59,262 nucleotides of DNA from an uncultured Planctomycetota bacterium (GTDB lineage Bacteria; Planctomycetota; JAJSAM01; JAKLKS01): positions 71,905 to 131,166 of the forward strand of contig CAYJMF010000001.1 of assembly GCA_964370855.1 (NCBI GenBank), written 5' to 3'. This document shows positions 19,546 through 27,947 of this stretch, piece by piece (within the stretch, counting starts at the first letter, position 1; the number at the start of each line of letters is the position of its first letter). The notes beneath the pieces are model-generated. The model was not told the origin of the DNA. It saw only the letters and a program-made list of their open reading frames with translations, and made no database searches. The position numbers were made by a program, and so were the translations under genes.

Positions 19546-21560
19546 TACGAATCCTTCCGCCCGAGCTTCAGGGCCGCAACTACAGCGGCCTTGAGTCGCG
19601 ATCCCCCATTGGCGGAAGCCGCCCACGAGGCGCGCAGCCGGTCGAACCGATCGCGGACACCCTTTTCCCGAAGTGCGCGTTCCCAACCCGCGACCGGCCA
19701 AGGACCGAGTCGGTCCACAGGAAGTCCATCGAGGAAGTCTACGAGGTTCCCCTCAAGCGCTGGGTGCGTCTCTACAAGGACTGCGAGGCCAGCAACCCCA
19801 GGAGGCTCAGTCTCGAACGCATCGCTCGCCAGAATGCGCGCCCTGACGCGTTCGAATACCTGACCTGCCTCAGCTGCGGCGAGTTTTCCAACCTCCGCCG
19901 AATGGCCCTGGACCGAGATCCTTGGGCCCATCAGCTGTTCAGCAAGTCGTTCAAGATGGCCGAGGATGGAGGCTCCGCCGAGGAGGTCCTTCTTTTCCCT
20001 TGATACGAAGAGGTAGGGGCGCAGGTCTACTCCCTCGAAGGAAGGCTCGACTCTGGCCCACTGACGAATCAGATCCGACCCAAGCCACTCCGTCAGAACC
20101 GGCCCAAGTGCAATTGCGGGTGCAGGCACCACCTTGTCCTCATCCTTCTCTTCCCCCGCAGGCTTCCCCCTTGTCGCTGGTTTCGGCGCACCCTCCGATG
20201 CACGCTCCCCCCTAGCGGCTCTCTCCAACGCCGCCACGTCCGGTGAGACCCCGTTTGGTGACGAGACCGTAACAGTGGCCAGTTGCTCGAACAGTCGGGG
20301 AATAAATCGCTCCGCCAGCATCAGTTTCCCGAGCACGGGGACCTTCACGGTCTCGCCGAATCCACGGGCTTCAGCAATCCGCTTTCGCAGCATGAGCGTG
20401 TTGAGGAACCGCTTAATCTGCCTCGGATTACCCTTCGTACCAGTAGCGAGTGTCGGACCTATCTGGTCGCTAAGCGTGAGCGCGCCCTGCACCTTGGCAG
20501 CTTGCCCTCCTAGCGCTCCTCTCAGGCTTGCCGCATCAATGGCACCGCCCTCCCAAGGTCGTCTGAGCTTCTCTCGCGCCGCATCGATCAGCCTGCGGAA
20601 GTCCTTGTCGCCCTCGCCAAGCTCGGCACCGACGAGAAGTAGGGTGACGTATGTACGTGTCTCTGACTCTCCGAGGGATGGGATTCTGAAGGGGACCTGG
20701 ATGAGCTTCTCCAGGTAATTGCGGGCATACGTTTGAGAGCCCGGCGACTCTGGCAGGTCAGGAAAGTGCCTTCGGACCGCATACTCGATCATCCCCTCGT
20801 CCGCCGCCACCACGAACGCTGTTCGAGGGGTGAACACGAACAGCCGGATAGCCTCCAGAGTCTCGATTGCCGTGTCTGGCAGGCAACGGTCAAGGTCATC
20901 GATGAGCACGACGAGTTGGTCGATGCCGGCCGCCACCAGCAAGTCGTCGAATGCCTTCCGGAAGGCGTCAATTTCCTCCGGCACATTCTTGGCACCCGGC
21001 TCGTCCTTGAGGAGAGAGCAGGCTCCCTCGAGGGCTGCTTCGACATTGACCTTGTCCGCGAGCTTCCCGGGATCCGAGAGGACGCCCGCCACGGTCGTTG
21101 CGACCGCACGGATCTGATCGGGTGCGGGCAAGCCGGTAGCCACAGTCAGGGCGAGCCCGCCGGCTTTCTTCGCGACCTTTAGCAAATCGAGCCGACGGAA
21201 GACCGCCTTGACCGAATCCGTTGCCTTCGTAAGAGCTGGCCGCTTCTCGAGGAGACCGGACACGATCCCCTCGATGAGCACGATCTTTGCGTCTTCGAAA
21301 CCCTGGAGCCTCCACCCATTGAACTTTATGCAGAGGACCCGGTCATTCCCCCCAAGCCCAACGCAGATCATCTCTAGAAGGCTCGACTTCCCAGCGCCCC
21401 AATCGCCATGCACGCCTACTGTCACAGGCAGCTCGGGGCGCTCTCGCAGGAGTGCGATGATCGTCTTGGCGATGGTCTCGTTGTTCAGGAGGTCGACTGT
21501 CGTTTCGTGATCGCTCAGAAGCGCTATGGCGCGTCCGGCCGGAGCGGCGGGTGCCGTCAC
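19545..21560 (-). CDS. qatA: Qat system KAP-family P-loop NTPase
   Basis: SDHETTVDLLNNE, Walker A GDWGAGKSS, Walker B LIDDLDRC, YLEKLIQVPF, GNPRQIKRFLN. Confidence 0.92.
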   Translation of the reverse strand: MTAPAAPAGRAIALLSDHETTVDLLNNETIAKTIIALLRERPELPVTVGVHGDWGAGKSSLLEMICVGLGGNDRVLCIKFNGWRLQGFEDAKIVLIEGIVSGLLEKRPALTKATDSVKAVFRRLDLLKVAKKAGGLALTVATGLPAPDQIRAVATTVAGVLSDPGKLADKVNVEAALEGACSLLKDEPGAKNVPEEIDAFRKAFDDLLVAAGIDQLVVLIDDLDRCLPDTAIETLEAIRLFVFTPRTAFVVAADEGMIEYAVRRHFPDLPESPGSQTYARNYLEKLIQVPFRIPSLGESETRTYVTLLLVGAELGEGDKDFRRLIDAAREKLRRPWEGGAIDAASLRGALGGQAAKVQGALTLSDQIGPTLATGTKGNPRQIKRFLNTLMLRKRIAEARGFGETVKVPVLGKLMLAERFIPRLFEQLATVTVSSPNGVSPDVAALERAARGERASEGAPKPATRGKPAGEEKDEDKVVPAPAIALGPVLTEWLGSDLIRQWARVEPSFEGVDLRPYLFVSREKKDLLGGASILGHLERLAEQLMGPRISVQGHSAEVGKLAAAEAGQVFERVRARILASDAFETEPPGVAGLAVLVETHPALEGNLVDFLDGLPVDRLGPWPVAGWERALREKGVRDRFDRLRASWAASANGGSRLKAAVVAALKLGRKDS

Positions 21561-21940
21561 GGCCTAATGCTCCCCACCGGCCCCTTCTCGATGCGGGCGG
21601 CCAACCTGAACCCCGGCTCCCGCGATGACAGTGGGAGGGCCAAGCCCGAACTCCAACCGTCGAGAAGGGTCTTGTGGACCCCGACAAAGTAGACCACTGA
21701 CATTCCTCCCAACGCCCTTCGTCGCCCCGACACTCGTCACCCTCAAGAGTCTAGGGGACTTGAAGTGCAATGTCCATCCCAACCTGTCTTGGGGTCCGTG
21801 CGTCGTGCCCGACAGTGCATGCTTCATGGCGTCGTCCCGATAGCACCCTATCGGAACACGGGGGGCTTGAGCCGTGCCCTCCATAGGGGCGGTATGGCTG
21901 CTCAAAGCTTTGTGTTTTTGGGACACAGATGGCCGAGGTG

Positions 21941-22399
21941 CTACCCGGCATGAAGTCCGATGTGTGCGATCACAAAGACCCGCTCTTGTGGCTTCTCGCC
22001 GGAGTCAGCCCAATAGACGCGCTCGGTCTCTGTGGGGGACCCGCTCCGTAGGTGGTACCGGTAGCGACACTCCTCCTGCTTCCCGTCCGGGAGAGTCGCG
22101 TAAACCCCCCTATCAGCCATCTTGAACTTCCCTTGAGAGATACCGTTCACCGCGAGGATCTCCTTGAGTACATCACCGATGTTCTTTCCCAGCCCGCCCT
22201 GTCGAACCCGGCCACAGAGCTCATGCAGAGACTTAAGGAAGAAGTAGATCGTCCCGCCGATCACGTTCCCCTTTACTAGGAGGCCGTCCGGTATGACGAG
22301 GCGGTCCGTGAACTCCACATCAGCGGCCGCAACCGCCACTCCAAACAGGAATATCATCACATCTCGTCCGGGTGTGACCGGGACCCTGGACTCCACCAT
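21941..22399 (-). CDS. Hypothetical protein with RelE-like C-terminal pattern (~152 aa)
   Basis: Lower-GC ORF. The C-terminus HLRSG...TERVYW...VFVIAHIGLH resembles RelE-like RNase domains. The start is uncertain (22399 or 22471). Confidence 0.5.
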   Translation of the reverse strand: MVESRVPVTPGRDVMIFLFGVAVAAADVEFTDRLVIPDGLLVKGNVIGGTIYFFLKSLHELCGRVRQGGLGKNIGDVLKEILAVNGISQGKFKMADRGVYATLPDGKQEECRYRYHLRSGSPTETERVYWADSGEKPQERVFVIAHIGLHAG

Positions 22400-22663
22400 G
22401 GTTCTTATGCCTTTCCATGAATGCGCGCGCCCACCATCGTGTCTTCCACTTTGCTTCCGGTCGAACCCCACCTATTCCTGCTTCCAATCGCCCCCCACTG
22501 GCGGCGTCGCCTCAGTGTCGCCGCTGAGTCCGAGGCCCCAACTACCTCACCCGGCACATCTAGCCGCCACCCATGGAGCGCCTCGAAAAGGCGGCTAGAC
22601 TATCCGGAATGGCGATGCCAGAACTGCCGGAACCCACAGTGCTGGACTTGAAGAGAATACTCA

Positions 22664-22942
22664 TCATTCCGACACTTGCCTCCGAACCACTACGTAATCG
22701 TACTCTTCCGGATTGAACAGAACCGAGTTATCATCCATATAAGGCTTCAGCTTGGCAAAATGTCGCCTCGACACATGTCTTCCACCAACGAATTCTGGGT
22801 CGACTTTAGACCTCCCGAAGATTACCACAAGGCCCATGATGTCTATCGAAAGCCATGTTTCCCCAGCTATCTGGCTGGCCCGCTTCCCCCGCTTGAAGTA
22901 CCACTCCAAGTTCGCCCTCGCGCGCACACTCCGGCCCTTCAT
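22664..22942 (-). CDS. Small protein resembling colicin E3/cloacin immunity proteins (92 aa)
   Basis: Strong SD AAGGAGG. The pattern LEWYFK...GE...GG..V...LKPY...YDYVV parallels Im3 (LTWFDK...GE...G..V...LQPY...EYFV) as I recall it. Confidence 0.55.
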   Translation of the reverse strand: MKGRSVRARANLEWYFKRGKRASQIAGETWLSIDIMGLVVIFGRSKVDPEFVGGRHVSRRHFAKLKPYMDDNSVLFNPEEYDYVVVRRQVSE

Positions 22943-23409
22943 CGCACCGCCTCCTTGCAGCGACCGAACTCAACCGCCCTCGAGACAGTACTATCCTTAA
23001 TGTCCATGCTCCCTCCTGCCACACTCGCTCCTACCATGGAATCTTCCCGTTCTTCGCAGGCTCGGGCCCCTTTGTCATCTTTCCGGTAATGGGATCCTCA
23101 AGGAGATGAAGTCGAAGTACGAGTGATCGGGCGGCTGAGACGGATCGAACCGGCGCTTTCCGTTGCGGCTCCGGTCCCTCGGCTCACTCCGTGAAGCGGA
23201 TGTCGAGCACGTGAGAGCGGTGGCCCCTGCCGTCCCGCGCACGGGCCGCTTTCGCCCGCTGGCCGCGTTCGGGCGGGACTCCCCGGACTCCCCACCCAAT
23301 CGCCTCCAAAAGGCCAGGATTGTCAACTTGTCAGGCAAAGTGGACGGCAAAGTGAACCAATAAATTTCCTTAACTAACTGATTTTAAACTACTTACGCAA
23401 TAGCCCGCA

Positions 23410-23458
23410 CGGCTTCCCAAGCCGAATGTCGAGGGTTCGATCCCCTTCGCCCGCTCCA
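23410..23458 (+). mobile_element. att junction: 3' half of tRNA-Gly(CCC)
   Basis: CGGC-TTCCCAA-GCCGA-ATGTC-GAGGG-TTCGATC-CCCTT-CGCCCGC-T-CCA gives the anticodon loop, T-arm, 3' acceptor strand and CCA. The 5' acceptor strand and D-arm are absent and replaced by AT-rich sequence. Confidence 0.85.
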
Positions 23459-23614
23459 ACTTAACCCTTTCAGGGACCAACGGTTAGGACGGCGCCCATT
23501 CCCCTCGCCCATGGACCTGCACCGTCCGTGGCACCAAGAATGGCACCAACAGGGCGGGGTTCCATGTGGGCTACGCCGCCCCGTCCCCCGCAGGGTGGAC
23601 TCCCTCCGCGGAGA

Positions 23615-25423
23615 TCAGCGAATCGTCAGTTCCCAGATCCGCCGGATCAAGGGGACTTCGAGGTCACCGTCGGGCTCCATCTCGTCCCGCAGGGAGAGGA
23701 GGACGCGGCTCCCCTCGGGCAGCTTCCCCGTGGGGAATCTCATCTCGTAGGTCTCCCCCGAAGCGATCCGCCGGTAGACGTCGAGCTTCGCCAGCAGGTG
23801 GTAGGCGGGCAGGACCCGGCAGGCCTGGAGGTCGAGCTCCATCCGGCCCTTCGGCTCCCCGGTCAGCGGGACCATGATGGCCACGGCGTAGCGTGGAGCC
23901 AGGGTGTTGATGGCCACGGGGGTCTTCCGGCGATTGGCGATGGCGAGGACGACCTCGTCCCCTTCCCGGCGCCCGCGGACGTCCACGCCCGGGTCCTCGT
24001 CCCGGGCCCGGTCCATCCAGAGCTCGATGTCCCCCGCCCTGTCGGAGTCCGCGGCGAACCCGATCCACCGGGAGTCGGGGCGGATCCTCCCGGCGGCCAG
24101 GTCCTCCTTCAGCGCGGCTCCCTGCACCTCCGGGTCGGGCCAGGCGCCGAGGAAGTAGTCCCGTTCCGTCTCGCACTTCGCCCCCCATGGGAGCGGCGCT
24201 TCCCGGTCGGCGTCCTCGGAGAAGTTCTTCCCCTGCATGAACCCGAAGCGCCAGTAGAGCCCCGCCCAGAGGGAGTTCTGCGCGACCGCGAGGGCCCAGC
24301 CCCGCACCGCCGCGTCCCCGGATTCGCGACGGATCCGGATGGCGGCCTCGAACGCGCGCAGGCGGACGGCGACGGACTCCTTCGGGGTGTCCGCCTGGTT
24401 CAACGCGTTCGCGAGGGCGCCGAGATTCTCCGCCGTCGGCTCCTTTTCCACTTTGGCGAGGAGCCCCAGCACCACGGCGTCCCCCCCGATGAGGCGCTCC
24501 GCCGCGCCCCTGCGGTCCGTCGGGAGTTTGTCCACCTGCTCTTTCAGGAGGGCCGCCACCGCGGCCTCCGCGCCCGCGGAGTTGAGGGCGGCCGCAGCGG
24601 CGGTCACGGAGCGGTGCCAGGCGGACTCGTCCTCGACCAGCAGCGCCCGCTTCAACCGGGCCGTCAGCTCCGCGACGGCCTCGGGCCCGGCCCATCTCCC
24701 GAGGGCGGCGGTGAGGACCGCCGACTCCATCTCCCCTTCGTGGCTCTCACCGCAGACCGTGAGGAGGAACTTCCCGAACTCCGGGTCCTTCCGCGCCGCC
24801 TCGCCCAGTTCGAGGCCCGCGGAGAGACGGAAGTCACCGCCCATCATCCGGCTCCCCGCCTCCCGGGCGTCGCCCTCCCCCGCGAGAATCTCCTTGAGGA
24901 GGTCGAAGGGGCGGGGCCGGAGTCTCGCGCGGAAGCGGGTCCCCGGGCTTAGGACCACCTCCGGCGGAGGGGGAGGCTGCGGTCCATGGGAGCTGTAGGA
25001 GCCATCCCCCTCGTAGTCGACAAGGGCGAACCCGTGCAGTTCGCGGAGGTAGTCCCCCTCGAACCTCCGCTCCGCGGTCTGGGGAACCCCCGTGAGAAAG
25101 GCGGCGATCCTCAGGGCCTTGCCGTCGTCCCGGGGACTCTCCTCTCCCTCCTTCGGAGGCCGGATCGACGCGGCGAGGACCTCGAGGAGATCCTCCCTCG
25201 GTGCATCGAGGAGCGCGTTCACCTGGTCGGTGATGCAGGGCATCTCCCGGGGGATGCTCGTCCCCCACCGGAGGGTGGCCATGGTCCGGCCGAGATCGCG
25301 GAGGCGCGCCCGGATCCCGGCCCGGGCGGCATCCCGGCTCACCGCCGGCGGCGGGCCCTCCTGCTGCGGCACGAGGAGCGGGGCGAAGAGGAGAGCGGCG
25401 AGGAGCCGCGGGCACGGAAGCAT
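23615..25423 (-). CDS. Exported hypothetical protein (~602 aa)
   Basis: GGAGG before ATG 25423; signal peptide (RLLAALLFAPLL); host-like codon usage; helical core and a beta-rich C-terminus. Confidence 0.68.
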   Translation of the reverse strand: MLPCPRLLAALLFAPLLVPQQEGPPPAVSRDAARAGIRARLRDLGRTMATLRWGTSIPREMPCITDQVNALLDAPREDLLEVLAASIRPPKEGEESPRDDGKALRIAAFLTGVPQTAERRFEGDYLRELHGFALVDYEGDGSYSSHGPQPPPPPEVVLSPGTRFRARLRPRPFDLLKEILAGEGDAREAGSRMMGGDFRLSAGLELGEAARKDPEFGKFLLTVCGESHEGEMESAVLTAALGRWAGPEAVAELTARLKRALLVEDESAWHRSVTAAAAALNSAGAEAAVAALLKEQVDKLPTDRRGAAERLIGGDAVVLGLLAKVEKEPTAENLGALANALNQADTPKESVAVRLRAFEAAIRIRRESGDAAVRGWALAVAQNSLWAGLYWRFGFMQGKNFSEDADREAPLPWGAKCETERDYFLGAWPDPEVQGAALKEDLAAGRIRPDSRWIGFAADSDRAGDIELWMDRARDEDPGVDVRGRREGDEVVLAIANRRKTPVAINTLAPRYAVAIMVPLTGEPKGRMELDLQACRVLPAYHLLAKLDVYRRIASGETYEMRFPTGKLPEGSRVLLSLRDEMEPDGDLEVPLIRRIWELTIR

Positions 25424-25510
25424 GGGGACCTCCCTCTTCCGCATCGTAACCCATCGAGCATCCACGGCCCCCCCGGGCTAGGATGCGCTCCGGTCGGGTG
25501 GAGGATCCCC

Positions 25511-27916
25511 ATGGCTCCCGGGAAGGCGGCGGTGCTGGCTGCTGCGTTCCTCGCGGCGGTTGCAGGAGCCCTGAAGGCCGAGGACGAGGAGACCTCCGCG
25601 CCGTCCGGATCCGCCACCGCCCCCCCCTGGCCCGCGGTCGGCCGGCTCTCCGGAGAGAGGCGCTCCCACGGGAACTGGATCTTCGGAGTCTCGTGGTCCG
25701 GGGACGGGAGCAGGATTCGCACGTCGGGAGTCTGGGGCGGCCAGCACATCGTCGAGTGGGACCCGACCCGGGGCGAGCCGACGGCGGTCCACGCGCCGCC
25801 CCCCGCGAAGAGGAAGAACGACTACGACCGCTGGAGGCTCGCCCTCTCCCCCGACGGCACCCGGTTGGCCGCGGTGCTCGCGAACGGGGTCGGACAGGTG
25901 ATCGACGTCGCGACGGGGAAGACGTCCGTCTCGTTCGAGGTCCCCACGGACCACCTCAACTGGGATGCCGACGACCTCCAATGGTCCCCCGACGGGAGTC
26001 GCGTCGCGATGTGCGAGAGCGACGGGTCGGCGATGGCGTGGGAGGCGGCGAGCGGGAAGCTCCTCTGGAGGGTTGGTTTCTCCCAACAGCACGGGAACCA
26101 GATCGCCTGGTCCCCCGACGGCAAGGCCCTGGCCGCCGTGGGCGTCGGCGGCGAGGACTGGAACAAGGACCACACCGCGATGAACCTGATGGGACAGGCC
26201 CTCGTCCTCGACGCGGCCGACGGGAGACGCCTCTTCGAGGCGAAGGACTCCTTCCCGCGGACCTGTTCCTCGGCCGCCTTCTCTCCCGATGGGCGGCTTC
26301 TCGCCGTCCACGGAGGGGAGGGGGACAAGACCCTGGTCTTCGACTGGAGGGCCGGGAAGACGGTGCTGACCCTGGAGACGCCGGGAGGGGAACTCTGCAC
26401 CGTCGGCTGGTCCCCCGACGGGACCCGCCTCGTGACGGGTTGCGAGGACGGCCGGATCCGCGTCTGGAATGCGACCGACGGGACGCTCGAGAGGAGCCTG
26501 ATCGCCCCGCAGGGATCGGAGACCGCCGCCTGGTCGCCCGACGGACGCTGGATCGCCTCCGGTGGATTCTCCGGGGTCCTATGGATCTTCGACGCGGCCA
26601 CGGGTGCCCGCATCACGCCGGGGGAGGGTCATGGCAGCCGGGTCACCGCCGCCGCCTGGTCCCCCGATGGAAGCCGCATCGCCACCACGGGAGAGGACGG
26701 TGCGGTGATCCTCTGGGACGGGAAGAGCCTGCGCCAGGCCGCCGTCCTCCGGTCGACTCCCGGCAAGGACGCGGAGAGGGATTCCGGCCTGGAGGGGATT
26801 GCCTGGTCCCCGGACGGCCGCCGCCTCGCGGCCTCGCGCGAGGACGGGGGCGTCTCGATGTTCGACCCCGTGAAGGAGGAGGAAGTCGCCGTCCTGGCTC
26901 CTCCCCCGGTGGAGGAGGGCGGGTGGTTGGGTCCCGCGGGAAGGCTCGCCTTCTCCCCCGACGGGCGGCGACTCGCGGTCGGGAGCGAAGACCCGCAGGC
27001 GAGGATCTGGGACGTCGAAGCCGGGAAACTCGTCCACCTCCTGGATTCCCGTGCGGGAACCCTCGGTGTCCTCGGCTGGAGCCCCGACGGCTCCCGCGTC
27101 CACGCCCGGGGGAGCGGCGCCGCGGCCGCCATCTTCGAGGAGGGAGGGGTCTACGCGTGGGACGCCGCGACGGGGAAGGCCATCGAGACGCCCTCGTCCG
27201 GATGGAACCTCCGCGGCGCCGCCCTCTCCCCCGACGGGACCCGGCTGGCGACCCAGGAGCCGGACGGGACCGTGCGCGTGTTCGATGCGACGACCCTCGC
27301 CCCGCTCGCCCGGCGGAACGGGCCCGCGGAGGGCGGCACGGCGACGGCCTTCTCCGCGGATGGAGTCTGGGTCGCCACGGGATGCGCGGAGGGCTGGTGG
27401 ATCGTGTACGACGCGGCGACCCTCACGCGCCTCCTCGCGGTGCAGCCGGGGAAGAAGGAGATCGAGGTCGTCGCCTGGTCCCCCGACGGCTCCCGATTGG
27501 CGACGGTGGACTACGGCACTCCCCCGGTGATCTGGGATCCCTACCCGGCCCCCCGGGCCGGGGCGAAGGGGCGCGCCGTGCTCCCCGTGGACGGGGACGA
27601 GCGGGGCCGCTTCCTCGGGGAGCTCTGGAACCGTCTCGGGGACCCCCGCCTGGAGGAGGGGCTCCTGGCCGAGGAGGACCTGGCGGCCCTCGGCGAGAAG
27701 GGAGTCGCCTTCGTCGCCGGGCGCCTGCGTCCCGCGGCGGACGCCGCCGATCCCCCGCCCGACCCCCGCACGCTGCGCGCCCTCCGCGCCCTCGTCCGGT
27801 CGCGGGCGCCCGGGGCGCGCGACCTCCTGCGCTCCCTCGCCGCAGGGGCGGCGGGGGCTCCTCTCACCCGGACCGCCGCTTCCTGCCTCCGGGCGTGGGA
27901 CGGGGAAGGGAAGTAG
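25511..27916 (+). CDS. Exported WD40-repeat beta-propeller protein (801 aa)
   Basis: GGAGG before ATG 25511; signal peptide; more than ten (W/F)SPDG.....D..I.IWD repeats; HEAT-like tail. Confidence 0.88.
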   Translation: MAPGKAAVLAAAFLAAVAGALKAEDEETSAPSGSATAPPWPAVGRLSGERRSHGNWIFGVSWSGDGSRIRTSGVWGGQHIVEWDPTRGEPTAVHAPPPAKRKNDYDRWRLALSPDGTRLAAVLANGVGQVIDVATGKTSVSFEVPTDHLNWDADDLQWSPDGSRVAMCESDGSAMAWEAASGKLLWRVGFSQQHGNQIAWSPDGKALAAVGVGGEDWNKDHTAMNLMGQALVLDAADGRRLFEAKDSFPRTCSSAAFSPDGRLLAVHGGEGDKTLVFDWRAGKTVLTLETPGGELCTVGWSPDGTRLVTGCEDGRIRVWNATDGTLERSLIAPQGSETAAWSPDGRWIASGGFSGVLWIFDAATGARITPGEGHGSRVTAAAWSPDGSRIATTGEDGAVILWDGKSLRQAAVLRSTPGKDAERDSGLEGIAWSPDGRRLAASREDGGVSMFDPVKEEEVAVLAPPPVEEGGWLGPAGRLAFSPDGRRLAVGSEDPQARIWDVEAGKLVHLLDSRAGTLGVLGWSPDGSRVHARGSGAAAAIFEEGGVYAWDAATGKAIETPSSGWNLRGAALSPDGTRLATQEPDGTVRVFDATTLAPLARRNGPAEGGTATAFSADGVWVATGCAEGWWIVYDAATLTRLLAVQPGKKEIEVVAWSPDGSRLATVDYGTPPVIWDPYPAPRAGAKGRAVLPVDGDERGRFLGELWNRLGDPRLEEGLLAEEDLAALGEKGVAFVAGRLRPAADAADPPPDPRTLRALRALVRSRAPGARDLLRSLAAGAAGAPLTRTAASCLRAWDGEGK

Positions 27917-27947
27917 GCCGCCGGCCCCGGGTACGGTCGACCGGCTC

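Noticed and set aside
23380..23458. Intact tRNA-Gly gene
   Set aside because: No 5' acceptor strand or D-arm; treated as an att fragment.
25600..27545. Recurring TGGTCCCCCGACGG-like DNA repeats as a CRISPR or tandem array
   Set aside because: They encode the WSPDG motif of WD40 blades, with degenerate sequence and irregular spacing.
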